Under the pieces are notes generated by a model. The model was not told where the DNA came from, did no database searches, and worked only from the letters and a program-made list of their open reading frames with translations. A program made the translations under genes and the position numbers. 64,000 bases of DNA from assembly GCA_020536535.1 (NCBI GenBank), contig JAHLWZ010000276.1, forward strand, positions 1-64,000, in the 5' to 3' direction. The stretch comes from Pelomyxa schiedti (lineage: Eukaryota > Protista > Evosea). Positions 1 through 10,416 of the stretch are shown piece by piece (position 1 is the stretch's first letter; each line of letters begins with the position of its first letter).

Positions 1-1475
1 GCTGACACAAGGGGTGGCAGCCAGCAGGTTGTGTGGCAGCCAGCAAATCGTTTGACAGCCAGCACTTGGCATGGGAGCCGACATCTCAAGTGGAGGCTGA
101 CAAATTGTGTGGGAGCCTGCACCTGTCGGCTGTGGGAGCCTGCAAGCCTGCCACGTTCTGCAAGCCACATGGGTGTGTGACAGCTTGCAGTTTTGTTGTT
201 TGTGCATGTGTGGTGATTGTTGTTCTACAGCCAAAAAACAAAACAAATTTTTTTGTTTTATTTTTTGTTGGATTTGGATGCTGCGGCTGTGTAGGGTTGG
301 GGCAGAGTGAAGGTGGTGCTTTGGTGACCTAGAAGGGATATGGGAGTATCAGGAGTGACGCACAATCAGTTGTCTAACCCGGCTGCTGCCAGATATCTAT
401 CTATGGTGGTTATCAGAACTGAGAAAAGAAAAAAGAAAAGAAAGAATACACATGTGCTAAGCCGGCAATGTGGCGGGCCTGGAACAGAGCAGAGGCAGTG
501 AAATGTTATTCCTGGTGCCTTTGAGACCGCTTCGGCCTAAGTTGAGGTGAGGAATACAAACAAAATGTAATGGGCTAATACCTGGTGACAGTAACTGGCT
601 AGCCTGGAGAATAATGCTTTGGTGACCTAGAGGGGATATGAGGAGTATCCGGAGTATCAGGAGTGACGCGCAATCAGTCCCAAAAAAGAAAATAAAATAA
701 AAGAAAAGAAAAAAAGAAAAGAAAAGAAGAGAGACCCTGCCTGGGTTTCAGCTAAGCCGGCAATGTGGCTGGAATTGCGTGGAGGCAGTGAAATGTTATT
801 CCTGGTGCCTTGCAGACCGCTTCGGCCTAAGTTGAGTTGAGGAATACAAACAAAATGTAACGGGTTTCTACCTTGGTGAGTGTATGGCAAAGTGAAGCGA
901 GAGAGGAGGGAATACCACAGAAAGCTCCACATCGATGACGGCAATGCAATGCAACGCAAAGCAACGCGATGCACCACAACGCAACACCATTATTTTGGCC
1001 TCACATCCATCCCTTGCCGTCTCCGCCTCTTGCACTGGGAACGTACATGTACATACGGCCCTCTCTGACTTGTTTTTTTTGTTTTAAATTTTTTTTTGTT
1101 GCAACTTTGTTGCAGGAGGGGAGGCTGGCCCGCCAAGACAAGGGCCGATGTTACTGGTGTGAGTGTACTGACAGGGAGTGACGGATGTGTTCGTACTGAA
1201 GCGAGATAAAGAGGAAACAAAGTGTTTATTTATTTTAGTTGATCTGGTGGAGGTGTGGTGAAAGTGTGCGTTGCTTATAAGCCCAGGTTCTTCCCATGAA
1301 TTCCAAGTATTCAGTGGACCCACAGCACAGCCATCACGTGTCATTGAATTCCCAGAAGTTGTCAGACTTCTGCGGGTCGCTCAGGGCCGACACCATGATT
1401 CCCTTTTTCGGGAAGTGATCACTTTCACACTGGAGGTGTAGGGGTTGTGTTGTCGGGAGGTCTGTTGGTGTGGTG
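1..1475 (+). mobile_element. Partial copy of the TIR element family at 5443-7866 (left end truncated by window start)
   Basis: 1-~1155 is near-identical to 5528-~6835. 1430-1475 matches 6831-6875 after a ~270 bp insertion. It contains an internal ~300 bp degenerate tandem duplication (318-570 vs 616-860). Confidence 0.85.
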
Positions 1476-2140
1476 TGTGTGATTCTGCGAACACACAGGC
1501 AAACTGTGCACAAGGCACACTCGCAAGACTCGAGACTGGAGACTCAGAGGCTGAGTCATCACTTACCAAGTTCGGAAATCAAGTTCACAGAAAGATCATC
1601 GAGATACCCAAGACCTTTCCCTTGACTTTGGAATCCTTTATAAACAGACACCGAGTTCACCTCATTTCTATACAAAAAATACCAAGAATCCCAATACAAA
1701 TATACAAAAAACCTCAACACAAACACACCCAAATGTATCCATCCATTCCAAGATGAATAAAATACTTTGTGCCTCTTTGTTCTCTTTTGGTGCAGTTTCC
1801 TTCCCACCCCACTGAAGGAAACATATGGTGGAGGATGCGTGTTTTGTGTGATTCAGTGAATCCACAGGCAAACTCTTCAATGCAAACCGCTGAAGCAACG
1901 CAGGACTGAGAGACTCAGGTGCTGAGTCAGCAGCGCGGACTTAACGAATTTGGAAATCAACTTCACGGAAATCTCCATGATCATTCGACTCGATTTCAAG
2001 GCCTTTATAAGCTTGACGCTCCAAGCTCAGAATCACATCGAAAAACACACAAACACAAACAAATAAACAACAAACACAAAGCAAACAATAGAACCCTTTA
2101 TTCCAATCGAATTCATCTCTTTCTGTCTTCCGTTATTGAG
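1470..2140 (+). repeat. Degenerate tandem duplication of a ~350 bp unit
   Basis: 1475-1760 and 1845-2110 share ordered motifs: gtgtgattc, cacaggcaaact, gagactcag..gctgagtca, ggaaatcaa.ttcac, tttataa, aaacacaaac. Confidence 0.6.
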
Positions 2141-2538
2141 TGAGTATCCCCACATTAGTTCAAGCACAACATACACAGAAGCATACACAAGCTACAAAAG
2201 TGCTGTTGTGGTGTTGTTGATGTCGATGGCGGGGTTGTGTGTGAGGATGTCACATGCAACAACGGCGTTTGGGTGGTGTTACAAAATGAGAAACTTGCAG
2301 CTCCTGTTGCCTAACAACGAGAAACTCGCAGCTCCTGTCACTTTACAAACGTGAAACCCTGTTCTTTTGCTGTTCATGTTAGGAATCACCACGGTGAATC
2401 AGCTGGTGCTCGAGCTTGGCCCAGTCTGTGGACCCACTGGCCGTTCCCGTCTGACGTTGTGATTCAGCCTGTATCGATTACTTCCTTTGTTGTTACAACA
2501 GAGCCACGATCGTTCCGGTCTGTTGAATAAAGTATCAA

Positions 2539-3158
2539 CCGTAACTTGTATTAAATCTGCACATATCTTGCACAGTCCACCTGTACACTTTTACACTCGG
2601 GTTTTTGCCGGTTTTGGAAGGATTTTTGATCAATTTTCCGTTCTTGTAAAAGGGTAAAAAAGTGTGCCCCACACAAAAGTGTCGGCAGTTCCATCCCCAA
2701 AGCCGGCATTGAATTTTGTGAATCTGTTAACAGAGTTCCACCAGTAATACCCAGTGGGTAGTAGTTCTGACAGAATTGTAAAAACGAAATGTTGAAAATA
2801 GAGTGACAGGGGGTGTCACTCTCCCGAAAATTCCTTTTTCTCCTTTTATTTGTGTCACTTTTCCTTTCCTTTCACTCCAAAAACCCCGTTTTCTTCTTGT
2901 GCAGTTGTCAAAAACGGGTGCTGAGACACGGGAGAGACGAGTTCGAGACCCAGACTCACCATGAACTTTTTCTGCCGATCAGGAAAAACGGTGGCCAGTT
3001 GGGGAACCGAACCTCCGACTTTCGCTGTAGCATGCAACCGGTTTGGCACTTTTGCAAAGACGGAAATGTGCTAAAAATCGTTGTAAAACCGGCAAAAACC
3101 CTAGTGTAAAAGTGTACAGGTGGACTGTGCAAGATATGTGCAGCATAACTCGTTACGG
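2539..3158. mobile_element. MITE (~620 bp) with ~110 bp imperfect TIRs
   Basis: The left end CCGTAAC..ctgcacatatcttgcacagtccacctgtacacttttacact is the reverse complement of the right end agtgtaaaagtgtacaggtggactgtgcaagatatgtgcag..GTTACGG. No convincing ORF. Confidence 0.85.
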
Positions 3159-3574
3159 AAAAAGATTTCTTCGTCAGTGTGATGAAGCGAGGTGGATGGA
3201 CGGGATCAATGCAGAGAGCCATTGTGTGATACAGTCGTTGACTTGGTCATCTGTTACTTGTACTCCTGTTGTTGACGTGATTGCAGTACAGCACCCAAAC
3301 AGAAACTTCACAATCACTGTGAATGGAACCCGGTTCTCCTCTGGTTCAATGAAAAGGTTAGTCTAGTGGAATTGTGAATGTGCGTGGGCAGTGACAACCA
3401 AGGATTGAGAGGCATGACTGCACAACAAGGAGCATGAGGTCTGCCGCGGTTCTCAATTGGGAATCAATTGTGGANNNNNNNNNNNNNNNNNNNNNNNNNN
3501 NNNNNNNNNNNNNNNNNNNNNNNNNNNNNNNNNNNNNNNNNNNNNNNNNNNNNNNNNNNNNNNNNNNNNNNNNN

Positions 3575-4012
3575 ACCACCGCAGGCCTTTTCGCCGGGCA
3601 TTCTGGTCACCATCGACAGAGTGATCCCCGAGGGGACAACCGCCGCCTCCTCCTTGGTGCATGGAGTTGTTTCCTCCGCCGTGCTACTACTACTAGTAGT
3701 AGTAGCACCCGTTGCATCGCCACCGCCGCCGCCACCAACCAGACCCGGAGCCGTGATGATGGCGCCGTCGCTGGCGGTGATTGGGGTTGCATCGGCGGCC
3801 ACGTAGGCAGCGATGGCGACGAGGACGCTGTCCGGCAGATCCACGATCGTCACTGCCACTGTCGCTGGCACCGCGTCGTCGTCCACACGACCGGGGTCGA
3901 TGGCAAGGGCGGTCGTGGACGGTGGCACCATCGGGAAGGTTTGTTCAGACAACAACGAAGGCTGTTGTTGGTTGCACAATGTAAGGTCAGTACTGCTGTC
4001 GTCGTTGTGCAT
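3575..4012 (-). CDS. Putative F-box-like protein, 5' exon (continues into the N gap)
   Basis: MHNDDSST...IVDLPDSVLVAIAAYV resembles the F-box LPxExLxxI motif and is followed by low-complexity sequence. Confidence 0.45.
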
Positions 4013-4149
4013 TTGCTCTTCAAAAAAATACCTGTTTCGGGAAAGGCCAAGATTGTGATGAAGTCTTCCAATAAGAAGCCACTTGCTATTACCAATGAAT
4101 GGACCAGTGGTCCCATGTATGAGCATACTTTCTGCTGGATACAGTTGTT

Positions 4150-5440
4150 TTATAATCCCCAAAAATCAACATAATTTGGTACTGGAATTAAGATGTCACC
4201 AATGTGGAAACTGGTGGCAGCATCATGCACTGCAAACTCAATCACATCAGTGGCCTTGGCATCCCTCACTTTTTGATGTGACGTTGAGGCAATGAGTCCT
4301 GTTGGAAGTGATGGAAGAATGCCTGCAGATGCCCATAAGCATTTGATGCGAAGTGAAGGCGACGACAGATTTCTGGTGGAATACACCTGGAACTCAAAGC
4401 ACGGCGAGTGACTGTTTATGAAGATGTGATGTGCTCCGACAGTGTCTACTGTCTTGTACTGGGGTCCATTGTAAGTGCACCACAGTGATAGCGCCCCGAT
4501 TTCATGGCCGCTTGTTGTATCTTTCAATGTAATGGAGTCCGCCAACACTCTGTGCAAGGTGCATGTGGAGCCATCGGGCATCCACAAGATACCCTGGGGT
4601 AATTGATCACACTCCACCCTTGATTTAATGACCAGCCGGCTCTCACTGAAGCTGGCACCCAGGTCGACCTGAAATGCACACATCAATTTGCACCTGCAGA
4701 TGGGAGCTGAACGCCATCAGAACATCATCGCACAGTGGTGAGAACTGCAATCTATCTACTTTAACACCCTGAAAACGGCGGTCCTCTGGCTCCTTCCCCC
4801 CGCAATCGTCGTCGACTCTAACCTTACAAACACAGAAGTCAGGAGGCTCAGGAGAACGAGTCATCAGTCCCACAATCCACCTGCTGTTGCACGCCATCAC
4901 CAACGGACCCGTGCCTACCTCGCGACCACTCTGTAGCCTGTCACACATGCACACACCACCACCACCACCAGCCCCCCCGCTGTCCTTCACATCCACCACG
5001 AGGCATCGAAGGCTGCCGTTGCACACCAGGACTCTGCCCTCGCCGACGCAGCCGGCCACGCTCACGCTGTCGCCCTGCCGCGTGAACCACTGGGACGACA
5101 CCGGCCCGAGCGTGGGCGACACGCTGACGCACAGGAAGTTGTCGATTATGGGCAGATCGAACACGGTGTTGGCCGTGGGCCTGAGCACCCAGTCGCGGGC
5201 CCACGCCCTCGTCACTGCAGGCGACTGCGCCCACCGAATCAGCGACGACGGCGATGGTGGCGGCGTTGTGGGTGTTGTTGGTGGCCGCCTTTTTGCGACG
5301 ACGGGGGCGCAGAGCAGGGCCAGGGCCTGTGCCTTGGCTGTGGTTGTGGTACTTGGGTCGAAGCGGTGGTGCTGTTGGTGGATCTGTGGTGTTTGCTGTG
5401 GCTGGTGTGTTGGTTGCTCCGGTGAGTGGTTGTTCCCCAT
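4150..5440 (-). CDS. Hypothetical protein, lineage-expanded family (MGNNHS... start, possible N-myristoylation)
   Basis: ORFs 4643-5440 and 4150-4686 join through a short intron near 4670-4695. The ATG at 5438-5440 directly abuts the TIR element. Confidence 0.6.
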
Positions 5441-5442
5441 TA

Positions 5443-7866
5443 GACTTCCCCTAAAACAGTCTTCAGCCAACTGGGGTGTTGTCTTCCAGCCAACAACTCG
5501 TTTGACAGCCAGCACGCGGCGTGGGGGCTGACACAAGGGGTGGCAGCCAGCAGGTTGTGTGGCAGCCAGCAAATCGTTTGACAGCCAGCACTTGGCATGG
5601 GAGCCAACATCTCAGGTGGAGGCTGACAAATTGTGTGGGAGCCAGCACCTGTTGGCTGTGGGAGCCTGCAAGCCTGCCACGCTCTGTCTGTGGGTGTGTG
5701 GCAGCTTGCAGTTTTGTTGTTTGTGCATGTGGCTGTTGTGGTGTGTGGTGATTGTTGTTCTACAGCCAAAAAACAAAACAAATTTTTTTTGTTTTATTTT
5801 TTGTTGGATTTGGATGCTGCGGCTGTGTAGGGTTGGGGCACAGTGAAGGTGGTGCTTTGGTGACCTAGAGGGGATATGTGGAGTATCAGGAGTGACGCAC
5901 AATCAGTTGTTTAACCCGGCTGCTGCCAGATATCTATCTATGGTGGTTATCAGAACTGAGAAAAGAAAAAAGAAAAGAAAGAATACACATGTGCTAAGCC
6001 GGCAATGTGGCGGGCCTGGAACAGAGCAGAGGCAGTGAAATGTTATTCCTGGTGCCTTTGAGACCGCTTCGGCCTAAGTTGAGGTGAGGAATACAAACAA
6101 AATGTAATGGGCTAATACCTGGTGACAGTAACTGGCTAGCCTGGAGAATAATGCTTTGGTGACCTAGAGGGGATATGAGGAGTATCCGGAGTATCAGGAG
6201 TGACGCGCAATCAGTCCCAAAAAAGAAAATAAAATAAAAGAAAAGAAAAAAAGAAAAGAAAAGAAGAGAGACCCTGCCTGGGTTTCAGCTAAGCCGGCAA
6301 TGTGGCTGGAATTGCGTGGAGGCAGTGAAATGTTATTCCTGGTGCCTTGCAGACCGCTTCGGCCTAAGTTGAGTTGAGGAATACAAACAAAATGTAACGG
6401 GTTTCTACCTTGGTGAGTGTATGGCAAAGTTTCCCCCACCTGCAAAAAGTTAAAAAGAGGTGAAGCGAGAGAGGAGGGAATACCACAGAAAGCTCCGCAT
6501 CGATGACGGCAATGCAACGCAACGCAAAGCAACGCGACGCGACACAACGCAACGCAACTCGACGCACCACAACACAACACCACTATTTTGGCCTCACATC
6601 CATCCCTTGCCGTCTCCTCTTGAGACTCACGACCACCATTGCACCAGGAACGTACATGTACATACGGCCCTCTCTGACTTGTTTTTTTGTTGCAGGAGGG
6701 GAGGCTCGCCCAGAGGAATAGTGAAACAAAGTTGCAGAAGACCATCGGTCGGTCGTCTTAGAAAAACAATAAATAAATTAATTAATTTAAAAAAAAAAGA
6801 AGTGGTCCGCCAAGACAAGGGCCGATGTTACTGGAGGTGTAGGGGTTGTGTTGTTGGGAGGTCTGTTGGTGTGGTGCCAAGTGGTCACGATCTTCCAGGT
6901 ATTGTGCCTAATTTACCCTCCCCTCAAAGTAACTGCTGCCAGGGGTTCCTGGTTGGCACTGAGGGGATGCACAGGGGAATTTGGTGGCTCATGTGATTTT
7001 TCCCAGGTATCCCCTCGTGTCCTGTTGTGTTGTGTCTCACTTCCACACTTGTTTTATTTATTGTATATATATCTGAACGCATGGAGTGGTGTTAAATAAT
7101 AAATTATTTTAACACTTTATGTGCTTTATTTCGTTATCTTATCAACTTTTTAAATTACTTTAGGTCTTTTTCCATCAACCTGCCAGCATGATTTTCTGTA
7201 TTTCTGGCAGCTTGCCACTGGTATGTATGGCTTCTTTCCTCGTTTTCTCTTTTTCCAGTTTCACCTTGTAATAATAGATGTGGAATTGCCGATTGCCATC
7301 TGCGGAGATGAAAGTCAATGTACATCCCTCTCCCTTTTTGTCATCACCACACTCAACAGTACCAGGAACCGCGGGCCGCAGCACAGTGAAAACGGGAACC
7401 GGACTGAGTATTATTTTATCTCCGGTGATCAAGGTACTCAACAATATAACTGCAGTGCCAAAACCAACCACTGTGTTACCTCACCGTCACCCACAGCCGT
7501 CTCTCCATCTCTCCACCACACCCCCATGTCATCAGACAGGGGATTAATTTTGAAAAAATAATTTTTTTATTCTATTTTTGCAATGATCTCAACGCACAGC
7601 AGTGCGCACAGACAACAAAACTGCAAGCTGCCACACACCCACGGACAGAACGTGGCAGGCTTGCAGGCTCCCACACAATTTGTCAGCCTCCACTTGAGAT
7701 GTCGGCTCCCATGCCAAGTGCTGGCTGTCAAACGATTTGCTGGCTGCCACACAACCTGCTGGCTGCCACCCCTTGTGTCAGCCCCCACGCCGCGTGCTGG
7801 CTGTCAAACAAGTTGTTGGCTGGAAGACAACACTCCAGCTGGCTGTATACCGTTTTAGGGGAAGTC
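5443..7866. mobile_element. Non-autonomous DNA transposon, ~270 bp TIRs, TA target-site duplication
   Basis: ta|GACTTCCCCTAAAAC... at 5441 is the reverse complement of ...GTTTTAGGGGAAGTC|ta ending at 7868. The inverted match extends over ~5443-5730 vs ~7600-7866. A second copy starts the window. No transposase motifs inside. Confidence 0.88.
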
Positions 7867-7949
7867 TATTGGATAAAGAGAGGTTTGCTTTAAAAAAACC
7901 GTATCTCGGTTGTGTTCTTGGTCTCCATTTTAGAATCAAAAAGTCCCCC

Positions 7950-10178
7950 TTACCCGCCCTTTGGCCATTTACCAGTGATGTCCTCTATTGTCAGATCAGG
8001 GAAGTGCCTCAGAGTGAACTGTGTAATTACAGGTGAGTACCGCAGAAGCTTGAGGAACTTCTCTTTGATGTGGGTGGCTGTGAGGCCTGGGAACACCTCA
8101 ACAATCATCTTCCAGGTGGCCAATTCACAGTGAAACAAAGATGAGGAGGAGTCCCATGACAACCTCAAAACCTGAAAAGAAAACACATGGGGGGGGGAGA
8201 ACCAGTGAGAGGTTGACTGAGGGTGAGGGTACCTTACCTCATCCAACGTGATGTTGAACCTGTTTATGAGCCACTCTGCACAGCACTCTCTGCCACACGA
8301 AATCAGTTTGGACAGTCTCTCGTTGTTGTCAGCTGTGATGTGTTCCCGTTCAAGTTGAAAGTGTGTGATCAGCCACTTCACTGCTTTGCTGGAGGGAACC
8401 CAAACCTGGCTTTCAAGGCACCTTGAGACACACTCCTTGGTTAACCCACAGATGTTGTTCTCCACCATGGATGCAATTGTTTGTACCTGTTGGAGAGAAT
8501 CGAGTTGAAGTATGCTTTCTCTGAGGGCCTGTGCGAGGAGTTCTGACTTGTCTTGTTCAGGGATCATTGGGAACTTCTCAAGGAGCAGGCTTGCTGCCCG
8601 AATTGGCTTCTGGTTGCACAAAAGATCTCTTACACTGTCCACAACAAACCCTGTTTGATGTTGAAGGGTGCCACTGAAATCCAGGTGCCCCAGAAGCCAC
8701 TCCAGGCCTGCAACCCTTCCTCTGAAAGAAGGAATTCCTTTGCACACCCTCACAAGGAGCTGTCTCGAAGCTGTGACTCCCCTGTGCCGTTCCAAGAGGT
8801 GGTGGGAATCTTCCAACCATGACGCAATCGAAGTATTGCTGTTCGCCAATGCAGTGACAAATGAGTTGTCAATATCCTCTTGTGAAAGCAACAGTCTCGT
8901 TGACAACCACTTCACCAGTTTGGTGCTATCTTCGAAATTCCTGCATACTGTGAGGAATAGCTCTGGTGTAACGGCGACTAAGTTGGCTTCCACAAAGAAT
9001 TTGATGAACTCAATTGGTCCAGAGAAATCCTCCATATACAAGGGAACACTTGCAATAACGCCAGGCAGTTCGGACATCACCCACTTCAACACATCAAGCC
9101 TTCTGATAAAACTAAACTCAATGCGTTCAAGAGAGTGAGGCAACTCAATGTGTTTGCTGACGTATTGGCAGATTTCCACACTGCTACCCCTCTTTCCCCC
9201 AATGCAACCCACGAAAGTACAGTAGTGTGAAAACCCTTGGGGAAACGTTTCAAAGCACCACTTGACAACATCCAGGTTCCCACTCTCGCATGCGTATGAA
9301 TGGAATTCCCTGTAGCCGTGTTTCTTGAACCTTTCCACCAAATCAAAGGTGCCAACCATCCACTGAGCCAACTCCAGGTGACCACCGGCCAGAGCAGATC
9401 CAAGTGGCCCCACAAATTCCCACGGATCCTTGATTCCAAACCTCTGAATCAACCACTTGGCCGCGTCCCTCCTCCCCCTCTCACAAACCTCCCCCAAAAT
9501 TCCAGAAGCCCTCACATTTTCAGCCAGCTCCTGCTCCCCCGAGTAATGAGTTTCCCTTCCACTCTTCTCAACCCCACCGCTGAGACCAGCATGCTGGTCT
9601 CTGTTTTGAGTGAGGCCGGGCCAGCCCCCTCCAACGAGCCTTTGAGCCTCCTCCAGGTGCCCACCCGCACACAGCCCCCCAAGCACACACACGAACTCCT
9701 TGTTTTCCCTCCTCCTCCTCCCAATGCCATCCTCCATCGTCATTCTCGGACATCCTCCCACACCCACTCCCTCAGTTTTGGTCACGTCCTCGTCTTCTCT
9801 CGCGGCAGTATTCCTCCTCGACGCGATGAGCCAGTCCACGCACGAGGTGCTCCCTGCCTCCGCCGCCGCGTGCAGGGCCACGTGCCATTTGTTCGGCAGG
9901 GCCACGAGGGCCCTGCACACGAGGCCCCTCAGCGGGAACAGAGCCTCGCCGACCACGCACAGGGCCACGGCGTGCTTTACCGTCAGTGGATGGTGGCGCC
10001 CGCGCAGCTTGGGCACGAGCCAGGGCACGAGGACGGCGTCCCACACCACGCGCGACACCATCACAGCGCGCGACAGCGCCGTCTCCCGAGTATTCGTCGC
10101 GCTCGTGGTGGATGGGACACCACCGCTGTCACACCGAGCCGGCGTCGTTGTTGACTTGGTCCTTCCTGCTGCCATTTG
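7950..10178 (-). CDS. Degenerate ankyrin-like repeat protein (same family as the 43172-50190 array)
   Basis: Repeated GGHLELAQW / SGNLDVVKW motifs. Shares SRVVWD, SSKAVKWLI and the final intron position (DEV|, 8172-8237, 66 nt in-frame) with the array genes. Confidence 0.8.
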   Translation of the reverse strand, partial: QMAAGRTKSTTTPARCDSGGVPSTTSATNTRETALSRAVMVSRVVWDAVLVPWLVPKLRGRHHPLTVKHAVALCVVGEALFPLRGLVCRALVALPNKWHVALHAAAEAGSTSCVDWLIASRRNTAAREDEDVTKTEGVGVGGCPRMTMEDGIGRRRRENKEFVCVLGGLCAGGHLEEAQRLVGGGWPGLTQNRDQHAGLSGGVEKSGRETHYSGEQELAENVRASGILGEVCERGRRDAAKWLIQRFGIKDPWEFVGPLGSALAGGHLELAQWMVGTFDLVERFKKHGYREFHSYACESGNLDVVKWCFETFPQGFSHYCTFVGCIGGKRGSSVEICQYVSKHIELPHSLERIEFSFIRRLDVLKWVMSELPGVIASVPLYMEDFSGPIEFIKFFVEANLVAVTPELFLTVCRNFEDSTKLVKWLSTRLLLSQEDIDNSFVTALANSNTSIASWLEDSHHLLERHRGVTASRQLLVRVCKGIPSFRGRVAGLEWLLGHLDFSGTLQHQTGFVVDSVRDLLCNQKPIRAASLLLEKFPMIPEQDKSELLAQALRESILQLDSLQQVQTIASMVENNICGLTKECVSRCLESQVWVPSSKAVKWLITHFQLEREHITADNNERLSKLISCGRECCAEWLINRFNITLDEVRYPHPQSTSHWFSPPHVFSFQVLRLSWDSSSSLFHCELATWKMIVEVFPGLTATHIKEKFLKLLRYSPVITQFTLRHFPDLTIEDITGKWPKGG

Positions 10179-10416
10179 ATGCATTTTTCTTCACTTTCTC
10201 GGAAAAACGCAACGGGCTCGATTTGGGAGCTCCCAAGAGCGCTCTTCTTTGTTCCTCTGTAGAGGTGGGTACGATCCCGCCACGTACCGTGTCAGCAGAT
10301 ACCTCCTCTTAATGGATAAACCAGTTCAATTGGAGATGGTGCCATCAGGCAGGCTGGTATTCTCCACTTCAGGCTGTTTGGTGGTTATGTTTCAAACCAT
10401 CCATATCCTTCGTTGT

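Noticed and set aside
33-1220. Short ORFs repeated at 5559-6996 and 7567-8036
   Set aside because: They are translations of non-coding repeat with frames not conserved between copies.
5441-5572. N-terminal extension of ORF 4643-5572
   Set aside because: It reads into the transposon TIR; the real start is probably the ATG at 5440.
8172-8237. Apparent protein insertion RYPHPQSTSHWFSPPHVFSFQ
   Set aside because: It is a stop-free 66-nt GT-AG intron at the position shared with the paralogues.
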